From contig CM059433.1 in assembly GCA_030390025.1 (NCBI GenBank), positions 13,828,001-13,892,000 on the forward strand: 64,000 bases of DNA, given 5' to 3'. The notes under the pieces are model-generated. The model had not been told where the DNA came from, made no database searches, and worked only from the letters and a program-made list of their open reading frames with translations. Below are positions 39,154 through 52,637 of the stretch, piece by piece (the first letter of the stretch is position 1; each line of letters opens with the position of its first letter). The position numbers were made by a program, and so were the translations under genes. This DNA comes from Squalus acanthias. Taxonomy: Eukaryota.

Positions 39154-39887
39154 GGGCCGTATTTTCCGATGCCTACAGGTGTGTACGAGCTGTGTACATA
39201 TCCGTAGGGACATCAGAAATGCCGGTTTCAGGCATGCGCGCTGAAAACTGGCACTTCCAGATCGGACGCCTGCCCTGGAGAAGGGCCTCTGCGGGGGGAG
39301 AGTTCCGCTTTCTGCAGAACCTCCGCCCACTGAAAACCCTTAGAAATCTTACGCCTGGTAAAAGCGTGCGTAAGGCCTGCTTTTACCAGCATAAGAGTTT
39401 AAAAAAGTAAAAAGAAAACATTTTTTTTCACTCATTTATAATTTGAAAATACTTTTAAAAAAAGGTCGGTTTATTTTTAGCCCTGTAAAAAACTTTAATT
39501 ATTTTTTTCAAAAAATTAAATTTTTGTTTAAAATATTTAATTTAATGTAATTTTAACTCATTTTAAAAACGTGATGGTTTTTTAAAAAATGTATTTAATG
39601 TTTTAGTGTCTTTTTGGGGTGATCTCCATTCATATATTTGACAGGTCTATCTGTCAAAAGTATGAAGGGGGATTCTCTTCTCCTATTGGCTGGCCTGGCC
39701 CACGTGATCCCAGAGATGCTTGCGAACCGCATGCGCCCCTGGGATACGTGGGCCCTGCGCATTTTGACTGTGGACAGGCCCAGGAGCGGAAGTGTCCGGA
39801 CCTCGGGAGCCCTCAGGTAAGAGCGTAGATTTTTTCCCGATAGGAGGCATCCTCACGCAGGAAGCCTCCTATCGGAAATTACGGGCC
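39154..39887. mobile_element. Harbinger-type MITE
   Basis: TIRs GGGCCGTATTTTCCGAT / ATCGGAAATTACGGGCC. Related to 42088-42847. TSD not preserved. Confidence 0.75.
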
Positions 39888-42087
39888 AAAATGTCATTCG
39901 CTGCCTCTAAAATAATCAACCTAGCTGAAGAAAAAAAAAATAGCCTCAGTTCTGAAACGTAAGAGGTTGAATCAAAGTTCCCCATGCCAGTTGTCAAGGA
40001 AATGCCTGCTCTACATTACTGGAAAATGGATCTGCTGTCCCCAGGTGCTTTTGAGGTAGAGGCAATTATCAGGCTATTTTGTGTGGAATCACTCTCCTTC
40101 AGGCACCAGCTGCAATGAAATACCAAATCTGCAACAGATGAGGAAACCATAGAAAAATGCATTCTTCACAACAGACATTATTCACGGTATTAGGGGCCAT
40201 GTCATCAGCTACCCTGGCTCATTGAAGATGTTCTTTTACTCTTGGAGGAAATAACTTAATATATGCTAGAAAGAAGTGATGGCTGCAACTTTTTTAAAAA
40301 TCTTTACGGTGATTAGGTTTACATAAGATTCTATTGGAGAGTTGATACGAGGATGGTGATTCATTAGGTGCTTGGAGACAGCAAGAGGCGGGCATTGAGT
40401 TACTTTGATCCTCAAAGTTAATCCACAGGAGCACTGAAATTCTGAACAGTTCTTCGATGAGAGATCAAAGGTGTTGAATTAGCTCAGATGTTATTGAGTA
40501 ACTTTTCACTATTTGAGAAGAAAGATTTCTAGCCGTTTTCTATTCTGTTACCTCGATATTTAATACTAGTTATATTTAGAGGTAATTTGTGTGTGTTGAA
40601 GGAAGGGGCAGCTCCAATTCTGCTAGGAAGAATGTAATGGTTTGTTCACTGTCTCATGTCATTGTATTTCCCAAATGGTGAAGTCAATATGCAGCAGTCA
40701 TCCTTACAGCAGCAGCACCTATAATTGCTATCCTGCTTCACTTGCTTTCCTGTTACATTTTAAGGGCTTTACACACAGATGTTTCTCTTGTGCTCAGTGT
40801 CAAGGATCACTCCAGTAAGTGAGCTCTCAGTCCCCATGAACCAAAGTGTGGCCTAATGTGCCCAATATTTGGTTTTGCAGCATTGCATAAGGATCAAACA
40901 GAAACCTTTGTCCTTGTATTTAACTTACGACATATGGCACATGATTTCCGAGGAATTTAGATAGTGGAAGATTAAACACTCTATCATGCCTTGGTTTAAA
41001 CCTTGGAACAGTTTTATTGAAAGTGACAAATAAGCAAACGAGAGACAATATAGAAGCTTGCACTATTTTTACAGACTTCTTCCTCAGGTTAAAAAAATAA
41101 CAAAATGTTGCAACGCTTCATTAACTCTACTGAAGCATTAAACCTGGACGAGTATCCATACTGTAACTCTTACATGTGGCTCCAGGAGACCATCCTGGAG
41201 TGTCCCCTTTATATTCAGGGACTAGAGGGTGATCGACAGATGTCTGTCTTACACATTTAAATACAAATCCATGGAAGGAAAGTTTTCCTAAGATTATTTT
41301 TTTCCTATTTATTAACTGAGGAAATAACCAAGTCTGCGTCATTAGGTTTACGTAAGATTCTAAGAAGGTAATTGTTTATTCATTACTTCATGCTATTGCA
41401 TTTCCTAAATGGTGAAGTCAATAAGCAACAGTCCTGCTTGTTGGTACGTCAAGACATAGTGCATGGTTGTAAACAGTAAGTCAATTATACTTTTGCCAGT
41501 GGTTATTGTCACTGCCTTGTTTAGGTGGTTTGAAAGATTTCTGCTCCTGGTTTAATAAATTCAAATTTAGAGATCATCATTAAGAAACTATTCCATAGCA
41601 TCCTTTCTCTCTACTTTCATTTTGCAGACATGATTCAAGCAAGCCCTCCAAAGGTTTTTGAACCATTTTTGATATTTCAGGGTATATTTTTTAATCAGCA
41701 ATTTAAACATTTAACTGGCTCATACCCCATTCCTCGATACATTACCTTAATGCAGATGCTAACCTGTTTATTTTAAATGAGTTATTACCTGCCTACAAAA
41801 GCTCACAGAGGAATATAGTACAGCGTGTTAAATGTCCATACATGAACTGTAGTGATTGGAAATTATGTCCTATCATGTTTTATAGTTCACTTGACTCAAT
41901 TTGAAATGCATAGCTCCATCCCCACAGATTAATATCCCATTTTGTAAGGAGGATGTCTCTGGGGGACACATCGATTCTTCCATGCATCTATCAATATATG
42001 CCAAGTTGAATTGTGTTAACAATCAAAAACATTGGAAAGCGACAGCATTTAAATGAAGTTACAAGGTTCTGCCTACTTATAGATAGT

Positions 42088-42847
42088 GGCCCGGATTTTC
42101 CAGGGCCTATGACCGTGTACGCAGTGCGTACGCACCATAAGTGCCCCGCAAGTTCCGGGTTTCCGTGTGTGATGCGCATGCGTGAAAACCCGGAACTTGC
42201 AATCCATCAAGTTTCAGCTCGACAGATCCACCACATCCCTGGGAAATGGACATTCGCTGGCGGAGAGTTGGGCTAGTTGCCCAACTACTGCCCAGCGAAT
42301 GACCATGAAACTCTTACACCTGGTAAAAGCAAGTGTAGGGCCTTCTTTTACCAGCGTAAGAGTTTAAATAAATATTAAACATTTAAAAAAAAAATTATTT
42401 AAACATAAAAAAACCCTTTAAAATTAGTTTAGGTTATTTTTAGCCCCTTTAAAACGTTTACATTTATTGTCCAAAAAATTAAATTTTTGGTTTAAATGTT
42501 TAATTAAATTGTATTTTAATCAATTTTGAACATGTAATGATTTACTTTTATTTAACTGGTGTGTAATTGTGTTTTTTAGGGGATTACTATTCATGCTTAT
42601 GGGGATTCTGTACGTAAATGGAACCCCCATAAGCATAATGGGGATCCCCTTTTTGATTGGTTGGGCCGGCCCACGTGATCCATGGGACGCTTGCGCCCCT
42701 GGGATACATGGCCCTTTACGCAGGCGTACGCGTAGAGGCCCGGGAGCACAAGAGTCCGAACCTCCGGGAGCATCAGGTAGATTCGTACTTTTCTTGCGGT
42801 TCGGAGGCACTCGCCAGCGGGAAGCCTCCGACCGCAAATTCAAGCCC
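42088..42847. mobile_element. Harbinger-type MITE, TSD AGT
   Basis: agt|GGCCCGGATTTT ... AAATTCAAGCCC|agt. Confidence 0.8.
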
Positions 42848-44045
42848 AGTGTTTTAGGGCTCACTTTATTTTTTACATTTTCCTTTTCCTGACTGAATGC
42901 ATTAATTTGATCCCAAGAATACTGTGGTTGGGGGGTGGGGTGGTGACCTTTTATCACACGGAGGATGGGAAAAGCTCTCCTGGGTTACTGGCTCTTCTCC
43001 TATCAACTTCCTACCTGACGGAGTCTTATATTTAATTTTTGTTGGTTGGGGCAGCGTTCTAGTGGTAGGGGAAGGGGTTCGACTTGGTGTCTGTTGGAGT
43101 GGGGATTTACTGCCCTGTATAATAAGTGTGTTTCTCAAAGTTTCTGGGGCAGTACATTGAATATATTTCAGCTTTGACTTGGAGGGAGAGGGTGGTGAGG
43201 GTGGGGGAGAACTTGTTGTTGCCATGCTGGTGAGAAGTAAGGAGTTGGGTACCCTCTGGTGCTGGGGTCTTAATGTTTCTGTCTTGTAGTAATTTTCTGT
43301 CAGTCTTCAGGATGTTGAATGAGAAAGATGAATCTCATACAGTATTATGCTCCTGGTGAGTACATTATCTTTCACCCAACCCCTTTTTTCTGTAGGATCA
43401 GCTTTACATGAGCATTTTTTCCCCCCCAGTAGCTCATTGTGGGGATTCACAAAGCTTGATATGTGGCAACCCTTGAGCTGTTTCTGGCTGAGGCCATTGT
43501 GACATCTCTAGCTTGGAAGTAGCACTCTCACAGCATGGAAGTTTAGGTCTGAGGGTATGAGGAGTAGACATAAAAACAAACAAAAGCGTGGAAAGAGAAC
43601 ATTTTAAAACTCCTTTTCCTTCACAGACTGAGCCAAGTCACTCTATCATGGGCTTTACCAACCCATTCAATCTCCTGCGAGAGATGACCAGCCACCGATA
43701 AACTTCAGGCAGATGAAGCTCTGCGAAGTCCCTTCCTACCTGTGGGAAGAATTTGAAGGAACAATAATTGGCCAGGAATTTGCTGGGCCGTGGCACCATA
43801 GTAATGGTGAAATAATGGTGAACACCATTACTATCGCCGCTAAAGTCCCAGGAAATTATGACGTTAGTGAATAACGCCACTGTTATAGCAACACCCTCAT
43901 TTTCTGGGAGTTTAGTGCCATTTTGCCGGAACCATCGCTGAAAGCTTGAAAGAAACATTGTGCAAGCTCCACCTTCTAGTGTAAACAGTAGCGAGGGCTA
44001 ATTTGTTGCATTAAAGCCAGTTTTATGGCCGTTGGCTGGAACATC

Positions 44046-45790
44046 AGCCGCGATTTCCCCTACCCCGACGGGTCTGGTGTGGCTGGGGTCGGTGGCGGGG
44101 TGCGACCCCGCTGCTGGCTCCAGCCCGCTGTCCAACGTAATCTTACCTTGATTGGGCTTATTAAGCCCGCCCAGCGCGTTTCCCGGCTAATTGAAGGAAG
44201 CAGGTCTGATGACTTCACTTGATGACGCGTCATCAGACGGTTTCCTTGAAAGGACCATGATGCAAATTTATTTTGACAGTTGTGCTGTCAGTGTTCTACA
44301 GCATTGAGGTGCTGCAAACACTGACAAGCACTGCACAGCGGTGCACGGCTGCACCCAGGCTCTCCCATGATTCTCTCCATAAGCGTATGGGGGGAGTCAC
44401 AGCACGCAGGGAGGTTCTCTTCCCTTCCAATGGGCGGAAGAGACCTCTCCAGGAGATCAGCGCAGCTTGGTTGCAGATTGCACAGGAGGACACAAGCAGG
44501 GATGTCGTCAGGAGGACCAGGCTGCAGTGGTGCAAACCTTTCAGTGATCTCAGTAGATCTCGAAACGTTACTGCAAAGCCACACTCAAACTCATCCTGCT
44601 GTACCACTCATCACATCCCCATCACTCTGCCTTCCCTACCCTACTCCTGCACATCCTTACTCACACCAACTTACCTTGCACCTCCACCCATCCTTCTCTA
44701 TCTACATTAACACTTCCCCATCTCACTAGCCACCCCTCAAACTCACCCTCATCCTAGACCAATCATACCAAGTAACAACACCCAAGGGTAGGCACTTGGG
44801 TGTTTTATGCAATGTTCATGTGAAGTTTCTGTTAATGTGCTGTCAAACATTGAAATCTTTATTTTCAACACTTTGCGTGCTTGGACAGATTTGTGTGCAC
44901 CTTTGGAAGCAGCTTAGTGAGTTGCAGTGAATGGTGAGACATAACGGTACCCCCCGCAATGGTGATGAGTGTGAAAGGAATGGCTTGGGCATTGTAGGGA
45001 TGCTTTATGGTGTTGGTGTGGGGTGGTGCCAACCTGGTGCATCATGTGGCAGCCAAGGTATACAGCGTCAAGTGAAGTAAATTTGGCCATGGTGAGGCCA
45101 TCCCTGGCCTACCGGGCAGCAATGTGGTCGGGTACTGATGCCCTGTGTCCTGTGCAGCATCAGTTGATTGCGGAGAAGGTTGGTATTGTTGTTGGTGCTG
45201 CTGGTGTGCCTGGTGCTGTTGGTGTTGGGGCTGATCGTGGTGGGATTCTGAGGACCAAGGTGAGATAGTTTCAAGGGCACCGATGCTGATGGAATAGATG
45301 GCAGGTGAAGTTGAGATGACAGAAACGATCTGTCAATGGTCAGAGAGGTTGTTCCAATGAGGTGACACTGCTCAATCTGTCTTCCAAATGCAGTAAGCAA
45401 CAGCTTCTGAGCTTGGAAAGTGAACAGCTGTGAGATGGGAGCTTTTATACAACATTTGCAGCTGTCAAATTAAGAAATGATCCCATGGTGACACAACTCC
45501 CGACCTGCTTACCTGACGTGATCCCCAAGCAATGGGGAATCCGTGGGCGAACTCTTAAAATTTAAAGATGAGCTTAAAATAGTTTTTAAGTCCCTGTTAA
45601 CAAGCTCTTAAGCATCTAAATGGCCTCCCCCGCCACTTGGTGTTGGGTCTGTTCAGCGATGACAGACCCAACATCTGGGAAACTAGCGTGGTGGCGGGTT
45701 GACAGCGGGTTCCCTACCCGCTGTCAAGAAAAAAATTCCCACCTGACCCGCCACCAAACGTGCCCACTGACCCCCCGAAAAATTCCCCCC
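44046..45790 (+). mobile_element. Harbinger-like TIR element (longest copy) with Myb/SANT-like coding remnant
   Basis: atc|AGCCGCGATTTC ... AAAATTCCCCCC|atc. The frame of ORF 44273..44710 gives AAPRLSHDSL...REVLFPSNGRKRP...AAWLQIAQE...RRTRLQWCKPFSDL. Confidence 0.78.
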
Positions 45791-46124
45791 ATCGTTTCAG
45801 AAAGATGCTGGACGGTAGGGCTCAATAAATCTGTTACTATTGAGACGATTATGATATACTGACAGTTGTGGTTCAAATATCCAGATGTAGAAACAATTTA
45901 TCATGCAGATTTTTGTAACATAAGAAGTTTGGACTTTGGGACAACACTGCTTTTTAAATGCCAATTTTGATTTGCAGACAGTCAATGAAAGTTAACACGT
46001 AGTGCATCAAATGTTGCCATAGCAACACTCTGCAGTTCTTTCAATGACAATAGGAGTGTATACATGATCTAAATGTACAACAAATGACACTCTCCAAGGG
46101 CTGCTTTTAAAAGTGATAGACTTC

Positions 46125-46352
46125 TGTTGTGTAACTTTGGAATTCCCTATCCCAAAGAACTGTGGATGCTGAGTTATTGAGTATATTCAAGGCTGAGATA
46201 GATAGATTTTTGGACGACAGGGAAATCATGGGATATGGGGATCGGGCAGGAAAGTGGAGTTGAGGGCGAAGATCAGCCACGATCTTACTGAATGGCGGAG
46301 TAGGCTTGAGTGGCCGAATGGCCTACTCCTGCTCCTAATTCTTATGTTCTTA
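46125..46352 (+). mobile_element. CR1 3' tail fragment
   Basis: Matches 23510-23740. Confidence 0.8.
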
Positions 46353-46787
46353 TATTCTTTATTCAGACAATGACCAAGCAAGTCATTGCAAGCAGTAGAC
46401 TTTGCTAATAATCACTACTCAGGTTTAAGAATTAATCTCGGATTTACCATTAGAGATGTGCCAATAACAGAAATAATTTTTCAGTGGCACCTTGTCACTA
46501 CATCTGGAGATCTTGGTGGGGTGGGGGGTGCATTCTGGTTGATGGTGGCTCTGCAATCGATTACCAGTAGGAGACCAGCAGTTTTGGTCCTACTTCCACC
46601 AGGATATTATTCTGGCACGCAAGTAACTTTACAGATCGCAAGTTCAGGATTTAGCACATGCGCAATCGCATGTGGAAATCCCGAACTTGCGGTCCACTTA
46701 AAAGGCGGTATGACCGCTTACTCTGTGAGTACGCCGTCATACCCACAGCAAATTCTGGTCCATTGTGTTCAAATGGAAATGCCCTAT

Positions 46788-47226
46788 GCTCGCTTGATTG
46801 GCACCCCATCCACCAGCTTAAATATTCACCCCCTCTATCACCGGCGCACCGTGGCTGCAGTGTGTACCATCTACAAGATGCACTGCAGCAACTCGCCAAG
46901 GCTTCTTCGGCAGCACCTCTCAAACCCGTGACCTTTACCCCCTAGAAGGACAAGGGCAGCAGGCGTGTGGGAACACCACCACCTGCAAGTTCCCCTCCAA
47001 GTCACACACTATCCTGACTTGGAAATATATCGGCCGTTCCTTCATCGTCGCTGGGTCAAAATCCTGGAACTCCCTCCCTAACAGCACTGTGGGAGCACCT
47101 TCACCGCACGGACTGCAGCGGTTCATGAAGGCGGCTCACCACCACCTTCTCGAGGGCAATTAGGGATGGGCAATAAATGCTGGCCTTGCCAGCGACGCAC
47201 ACATCCCAGGACGAATAAAAAAAAAA
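46788..47226 (+). mobile_element. family B LINE 3' fragment with poly(A)
   Basis: ARLIGTPSTSLNIH...HCSNSPRLLRQH, then GGGCAATAAATGCTGGCC and an A-run. Confidence 0.9.
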
Positions 47227-47699
47227 GTATACCTGCACCATACATCATGCAAACATGCTTCTCATTCAGCAAGAAGGCGGAGCCGGCAGGATTTCTGACG
47301 GATGATGTCCTTCTGCCAGTCCCGCCTCTTCTTCTGATGTCAGCACTGGCTGCACGGAGTTGGGTCTGTCAGGTTTTTTTTTTGCCATTTAAAAAAAGGG
47401 ATGGTAGCCAAGTCTGTCCCCAAATTTTGGCCCCGCAGCCACTTACACTGCAGCAGAACATTCCCAGGCCTATGACATTCAGGGCCAGTAAGGTAGAAGT
47501 TTGTGTATGCTTAGGACAGCCAACAAAGTCATTTCTTGTGTGTAGCTTATGGATCATGTTCCACTGTTTACTGCTGGTGTTCTGTGCGTGTGTGTTTTTT
47601 TTTTCCAATTCATGTTTCAGTCCATTTCTGATATGTTTATGGCATTTTGGGACACACCTCACTTGCAGGTCTGAAGTGTTGCAAAGCATGACAATGATA

Positions 47700-47912
47700 G
47701 CAGAAAATGCTGGAGATGCTCAGCAGGTCAGGCAGCATCTGTGGAGAGAGAAACAGAGTTAACGTTTCAGGTTGGTGACCTTTCATTGGAAAAATGGTCA
47801 TCGACCTGAAACGTTAACTCTGTTTCTCTCTCTACAGATGCTGTCTGACCTGCTGAGTATTTCCAGCATTTTCTGTTTATATTTCAGATTTCCAGCATCC
47901 GCAGTATTTTGC
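47700..47912. mobile_element. Palindromic Penelope-like terminal-repeat remnant
   Basis: About 70-bp near-perfect inverted arms, 47701-47772 versus 47803-47875. Confidence 0.6.
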
Positions 47913-48231
47913 TCGTGTGTGATAATGAGAGCGAATGGTGATTGTACAGATCCAATAGTTTCAGTAAAAGTATTAAAATATAGTAACAAATGGATATTTC
48001 TTTTTCCCCTCTTCAAAGAAAGACATCAAAAGCAAGTTTATCTTCATTATTTTTGACCCTCTGAGAATGCTTTCTGAGAATGTGATTTTGTTATTGGGAA
48101 CTGAAGATAAATGGGTTAATGCCTTTGTTAAAGAAGCAGTCAAAGGAATTTTATACAAATGCATTAGTTAATAACATTGCACAACAAATTTGGAACAAAG
48201 CAACAACCTCCCAAGGCATCAGGAAATAAAG

Positions 48232-48690
48232 AAAGAACTTACATTGATATAGCGCCTTTCACAACCTCAGAACGTTCCAAAACACATCACAGCCAATGAA
48301 GTACTTTTGCAGGGTAGTCACTGTTGTAATGTATGGAAATGTGGCAGCCAACTCGTGCTCAGTAAGGTTCCATGAACAGAAACGAGATAAATGACCAGAT
48401 AATCTGTTTTTAGTGATGTTGGTTGAGGGATAAATATTGTTCAGGATACCTGGAGAATTCTCGTCTTCAAAATAGTGCCATGGGACATTTTATGTCCACC
48501 TGAGAGGGCAGACGTGGTCGCAGTTTAAAATCTCATCCAACAGACGGCACCTCTGACAGTGTAGCTCTCCCTCAGTACTGCACTTGAGGGTCAGTCTAGA
48601 TTATGCACTCAAGTCACTGAAATGGAGCTTGAAGCCACCATCTTATGAATCAGAGATGAGAGTGCTACCACTGAGCCAAGACTGACACCT
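48232..48690 (-). mobile_element. Deu-domain tRNA SINE
   Basis: Minus-strand head GTGTCAGTCTTGGCTCAGTGGTAGCA, Deu-like core and L2-type tail. Confidence 0.82.
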
Positions 48691-49040
48691 AATGAGATCT
48701 AACTGGATGAGGGTAGTGCAAATATTATAAATGTGCTCATTTACTTTTGAATGCATTGATATTCTACTACACTGCTCAAAGTTGAGGCTCTGTAACCACT
48801 ACTTGACAAGTCAACGGCACACCATAATGTACTTACTGTACTTCTAAATGCCTAGAAATTAAGCTTTAAACATGTGAAAGATAAATGTGATTATACCAGG
48901 AGTATATACACGCGTACTTGACTTAATTTTAAACCTTATGCAGAAGTTAAGTCGATTGCTTTAAAGAGTAAAATATGAACAAAAAGAAGAAAAATCTGTG
49001 ACAACAGCCGATACATTATTAAAGAGTCACTGTCTCTTAC

Positions 49041-49157
49041 CGGTGGAGCATTGAAAATGTGAAGCGACGAACCCTTCAGTCCTAGAAACTTGTACTTGTA
49101 AAGCTGATTGGAATCAGATCCTAGCAGCCTCTCACTCACCCACCCCATGTGAATTAT
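49041..49157 (-). CDS. SNTG2: gamma-2 syntrophin coding exon, 117 nt (PH domain region)
   Basis: cag|ATAATTCACATGGGG...GCTCCACCG|gtaaga gives IIHMGWVSERLLGSDSNQLYKYKFLGLKGSSLHIFNAPP, with the syntrophin HMGWV motif. Overlaps ORF 48936..49148. Confidence 0.93.
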
Positions 49158-49798
49158 CTGCAGAGGAAAACCTTAGAAAATTGAAAAATCAATCCTCAAA
49201 ATCAAAACATTGCATTTTTTTTTTATGATTCCTGCACACAAAGCCATTAATTTTGTAATGAAACCTTCAAGGACTCTGTGCCAAGCCTGATGTCTAAATC
49301 AGCCAGGAAACTACTGAACTGCATTATTGAGGGATCTACTCTTAAAAGTGCGCTGAGTGGAATTATGGGGATTTAATTCCAATTTAGAGCAACCACCTCC
49401 ATTGCTGCAAAGGCGCAACAATGGTGGGCCCAGCAAGCCCAAAATATTCATCAGTGTTGGCAGCCTAATCTTACGGAACCATCCAGGTGAGTGCAGTATT
49501 GCAGATTCAATGTTGCCTCACTTGTAATTTTGTGCCTTGTGCATGACACAGACACCAACACCAGCAACTTTAGGACATCTTAAAAGCGCCAATCACAAAG
49601 CTACAGCAACAAAGATGTATGGCCTGACACGGCTTTCCATCCTTTGCTGTTTTAAGATATTGACACAAAACCTGAAACAAAGAAACTCGTTGACAAATTA
49701 TCCCCATTCAACACTATACGTTGATGGTTTTAACTGGTGATATCACAGATTACTTGCTTCCTCTTTAAATAGACTACAGAAACATTTTTCTTTGAGAG

Positions 49799-50024
49799 TG
49801 ACATGAATCTTGTCATTCATGGGAAATGACTTATGACATAATACTGGGCGGCCTGCTGGTGGCGTTGTCCAGGGAGAGCATAAATACTCGGGCATGGGCC
49901 CAGCTTGCTCAGGACATTCTTTAACAGGAACTAGTGAAGGACAACTAGATCTCCATGTTGTAAAACAGTTGATTAAAGCTTTGTTTAACGCTTAGACCAA
50001 GTGCCGAGTAGTTTTCTTACGTCA
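49799..50024 (+). mobile_element. solo LTR (TG...CA), perfect 5-bp TSD GAGAG
   Basis: gagag|TGACATGAATC ... TTCTTACGTCA|gagag; TATA-like CATAAATA and ATTAAA inside. Confidence 0.85.
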
Positions 50025-52438
50025 GAGAGTATGTGCATTATTTGTTGAACTGTACGTAAAGAGGAAGGTACGTCTAGATGAGCACCTTTGGAAAAAATGC
50101 TGCTAATTTTTATTAAAGGAAAATATTAACCTCAGCAGGTTTTCATTGTTTTGTAAAACGCCAACATTCTTATTGGAACGAAGAGCCTTCATTCAGGTTG
50201 CTCTCTCTGGCAGGCTTGCGCTGGTAACCACACTAGCCTCACAATAGCTCTGGAGCTGTAGGGACCCTGGAAGCCACACTATAGGTTGGGGTTGTGGATT
50301 GCCTGGCCTTTAGTATGGTTTTCCTGCTTTGCACGTTGTCAAAGTAGCTAAGTTCCTAAGCCACGCCGTATGCTGTTTATAATGGAGTCATTCCAGGATG
50401 CTGTCTGTCAGTGATGTCACTAGAGTGATCCAACAGAGAGGAAGATCTGACTTCAGGGTCTCCATACCAGTAAGAAAGCTAATAGTTCATAAATTCTGCT
50501 GAGCTATTATCTTCTTCTCTAAACTCATCCTCGGTTCCGAGGGACTGCCTAAGAAGAAGAGAATCTCTAAACAGCAGTACTTTGAGTCAAAATTGCACAT
50601 TCCAGAACTTCCTTCACCCCTCAAACTTTTTTAATTTCCATGACATCTAGTTCTGTGCTCACACGGAGAATGTTGTTTGTAATTTCTAGAGGATTGAAAG
50701 GGATCGTTTCTGAACATGGGGCTCTAAATTATGAAAAAAGATTCACAAAGTGGAGCTTGTTTTTACTGGGGAAAGGAGACTGATAAAGGATACAATCCAA
50801 GACTTCGGAGAGACTTTGGTAGTATGCAAGTTATTTTGACTTTGACTCTAGGGACAGAAATAGAGGACACCTGTACAAAATTAACAAGTCTCAAAGGAAG
50901 AGTTCAGATTAGAAGATTTTTTTTGACTTCAAACAAAGTATGTGGAACAGAATTCTAGAAAAAAGTGCAGTTAATGCCTAGTTGATTAACTTCTTTAATT
51001 AACAGCTGGATAAAAATCTGGGTAATGGGATTGCAAGTTATAAGAATATGCATAGGCGCACAGGATTAGACAATTTAAGGGATATGATAGAACCTGTGTA
51101 GCTAAGGTCATGAATATATCATCTATGGAATGGAACTGGTCGAGGTTGAATGATACAGCTGGTAATATTTGATTGCAGCTTGGAGTTTTGCCAGATTATA
51201 TTAAGAACCAGGGAAAAATCCACAGTTTTATCTTGGCAATTTTTTGTCACCTCTCTCATCAGACTAAATAAATTGGATGGAGCCTGTGGAAGGAACAGGC
51301 TTGATGGGTTAAATGTCCTTTTCTTGTTCTATTGTAATATTATGAACATCCTTTACTCCTTGGATTCTGCAAAAAGGAAGCCAGACTTCAAATAGGTCAC
51401 AGCCTCAGTGTACAAACTATGTGAAACTGATCTCATAATCTGAGTGTAAAAGATAGATGGTTTGAAGGGTACCACAGTTTAAGAAGTCGTTACCTTTATC
51501 TCCTACTTGCATGCAAATAAGTGTAACACTGCAGTATTAACGATAAGAAGACATGTAGGCCAAGGCTGAATGCTCTACTTGACAACTAGCCTTGGACAAG
51601 TAAATTGCTTGCTTTTGGTGAGCTAAAAAGAAGCAACGAGCCAACTTTCTATTAATAGCTTTGCTTTTACCTCCAGTGTCAATGCTTTCTTTCTCTTCTC
51701 CTCCTTCTTCTCCGCTACACCTTAGTAGCTTACAGTCGTTATTTCCTACTACAATGACTGCCTCACCATCTACATGAAAAGTGTCTATTTATAATTTATT
51801 TCCTCTGAACTATAGAAAAGTAACTTTTTTGTTAAGAGGCTAATTTTGTCATTTAAAAACAAAACTGCTACACAATACCTGAGTTATTTTAAAACATTTT
51901 TCAGCGCTGATATTGAGTTCAATTTTTCTTTTATCTAAATATAATCTTTTTTAAATGGGAGAAAGGGCGTGTTTATTCCTTGTGGCCATTTCTGCAATAA
52001 GCAAATAATAAACGGCAAGTTATACTACACTGATGTGAATTTATCTAACACCTGAAGAACTGGCTGTGGGTGTCACGGCGGATGGGGGATGGGGGGACGG
52101 TATCAGATTTGCTCACATCCAGGATTGTCGACAATATTCTGCAATGGATGGGAAAAATTTGGATCTATTTCGCCCAAACAACTTAGAACGTAAACAGGTG
52201 TAGCTGTAACTTCTTAGTCCAAATCATGTTATCAAATGACTAATAGAATAATAATTACTTTAGATTGTTTTTTTTTTAACTAACACATACTAAATGTATA
52301 TTTGAGATGATAATATATGGGATTATATTGTTTTTAATAAAGTTCTGGTCTTGGATTCTCAGCATCCAATAGTTAGTAGAAGCCTTTCTACAGAAAATGG
52401 ATGCTGGTTGTCCTATTTATAATAGCTGTTTATACATT

Positions 52439-52637
52439 GGGGTAGAATTTTGTTTTCACTGCCTGGCCGGGAGTTTGTCTGGATGGTTTGCCCACCTTTC
52501 ATAGAACCAGACTGATCTTTATTCCATTGATTTCAACTGATTTCATTACTTGCAGTGGAATGAAAATCAGGCAGGTTCTACAGAGGAGATCCATTCCGCC
52601 AGATTACTGCCCAGGCAGTGAAGATAATAATCTACTC
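52439..52637. mobile_element. small palindromic MITE
   Basis: GGGGTAGAATTTTGTTTTCACTGCCTGG ... CCAGGCAGTGAAGATAATAATCTACTCC inverted termini. Confidence 0.6.

Noticed and set aside
47166..48164. ORFs of 60-198 aa
   Set aside because: They span a LINE tail, MITE-like sequence and a palindromic repeat, with no recognisable domain or splice support.
26686..50024. Single 23-kb LTR retroelement
   Set aside because: Each LTR has its own TSD, host exons lie between them, and no gag/pol was seen.
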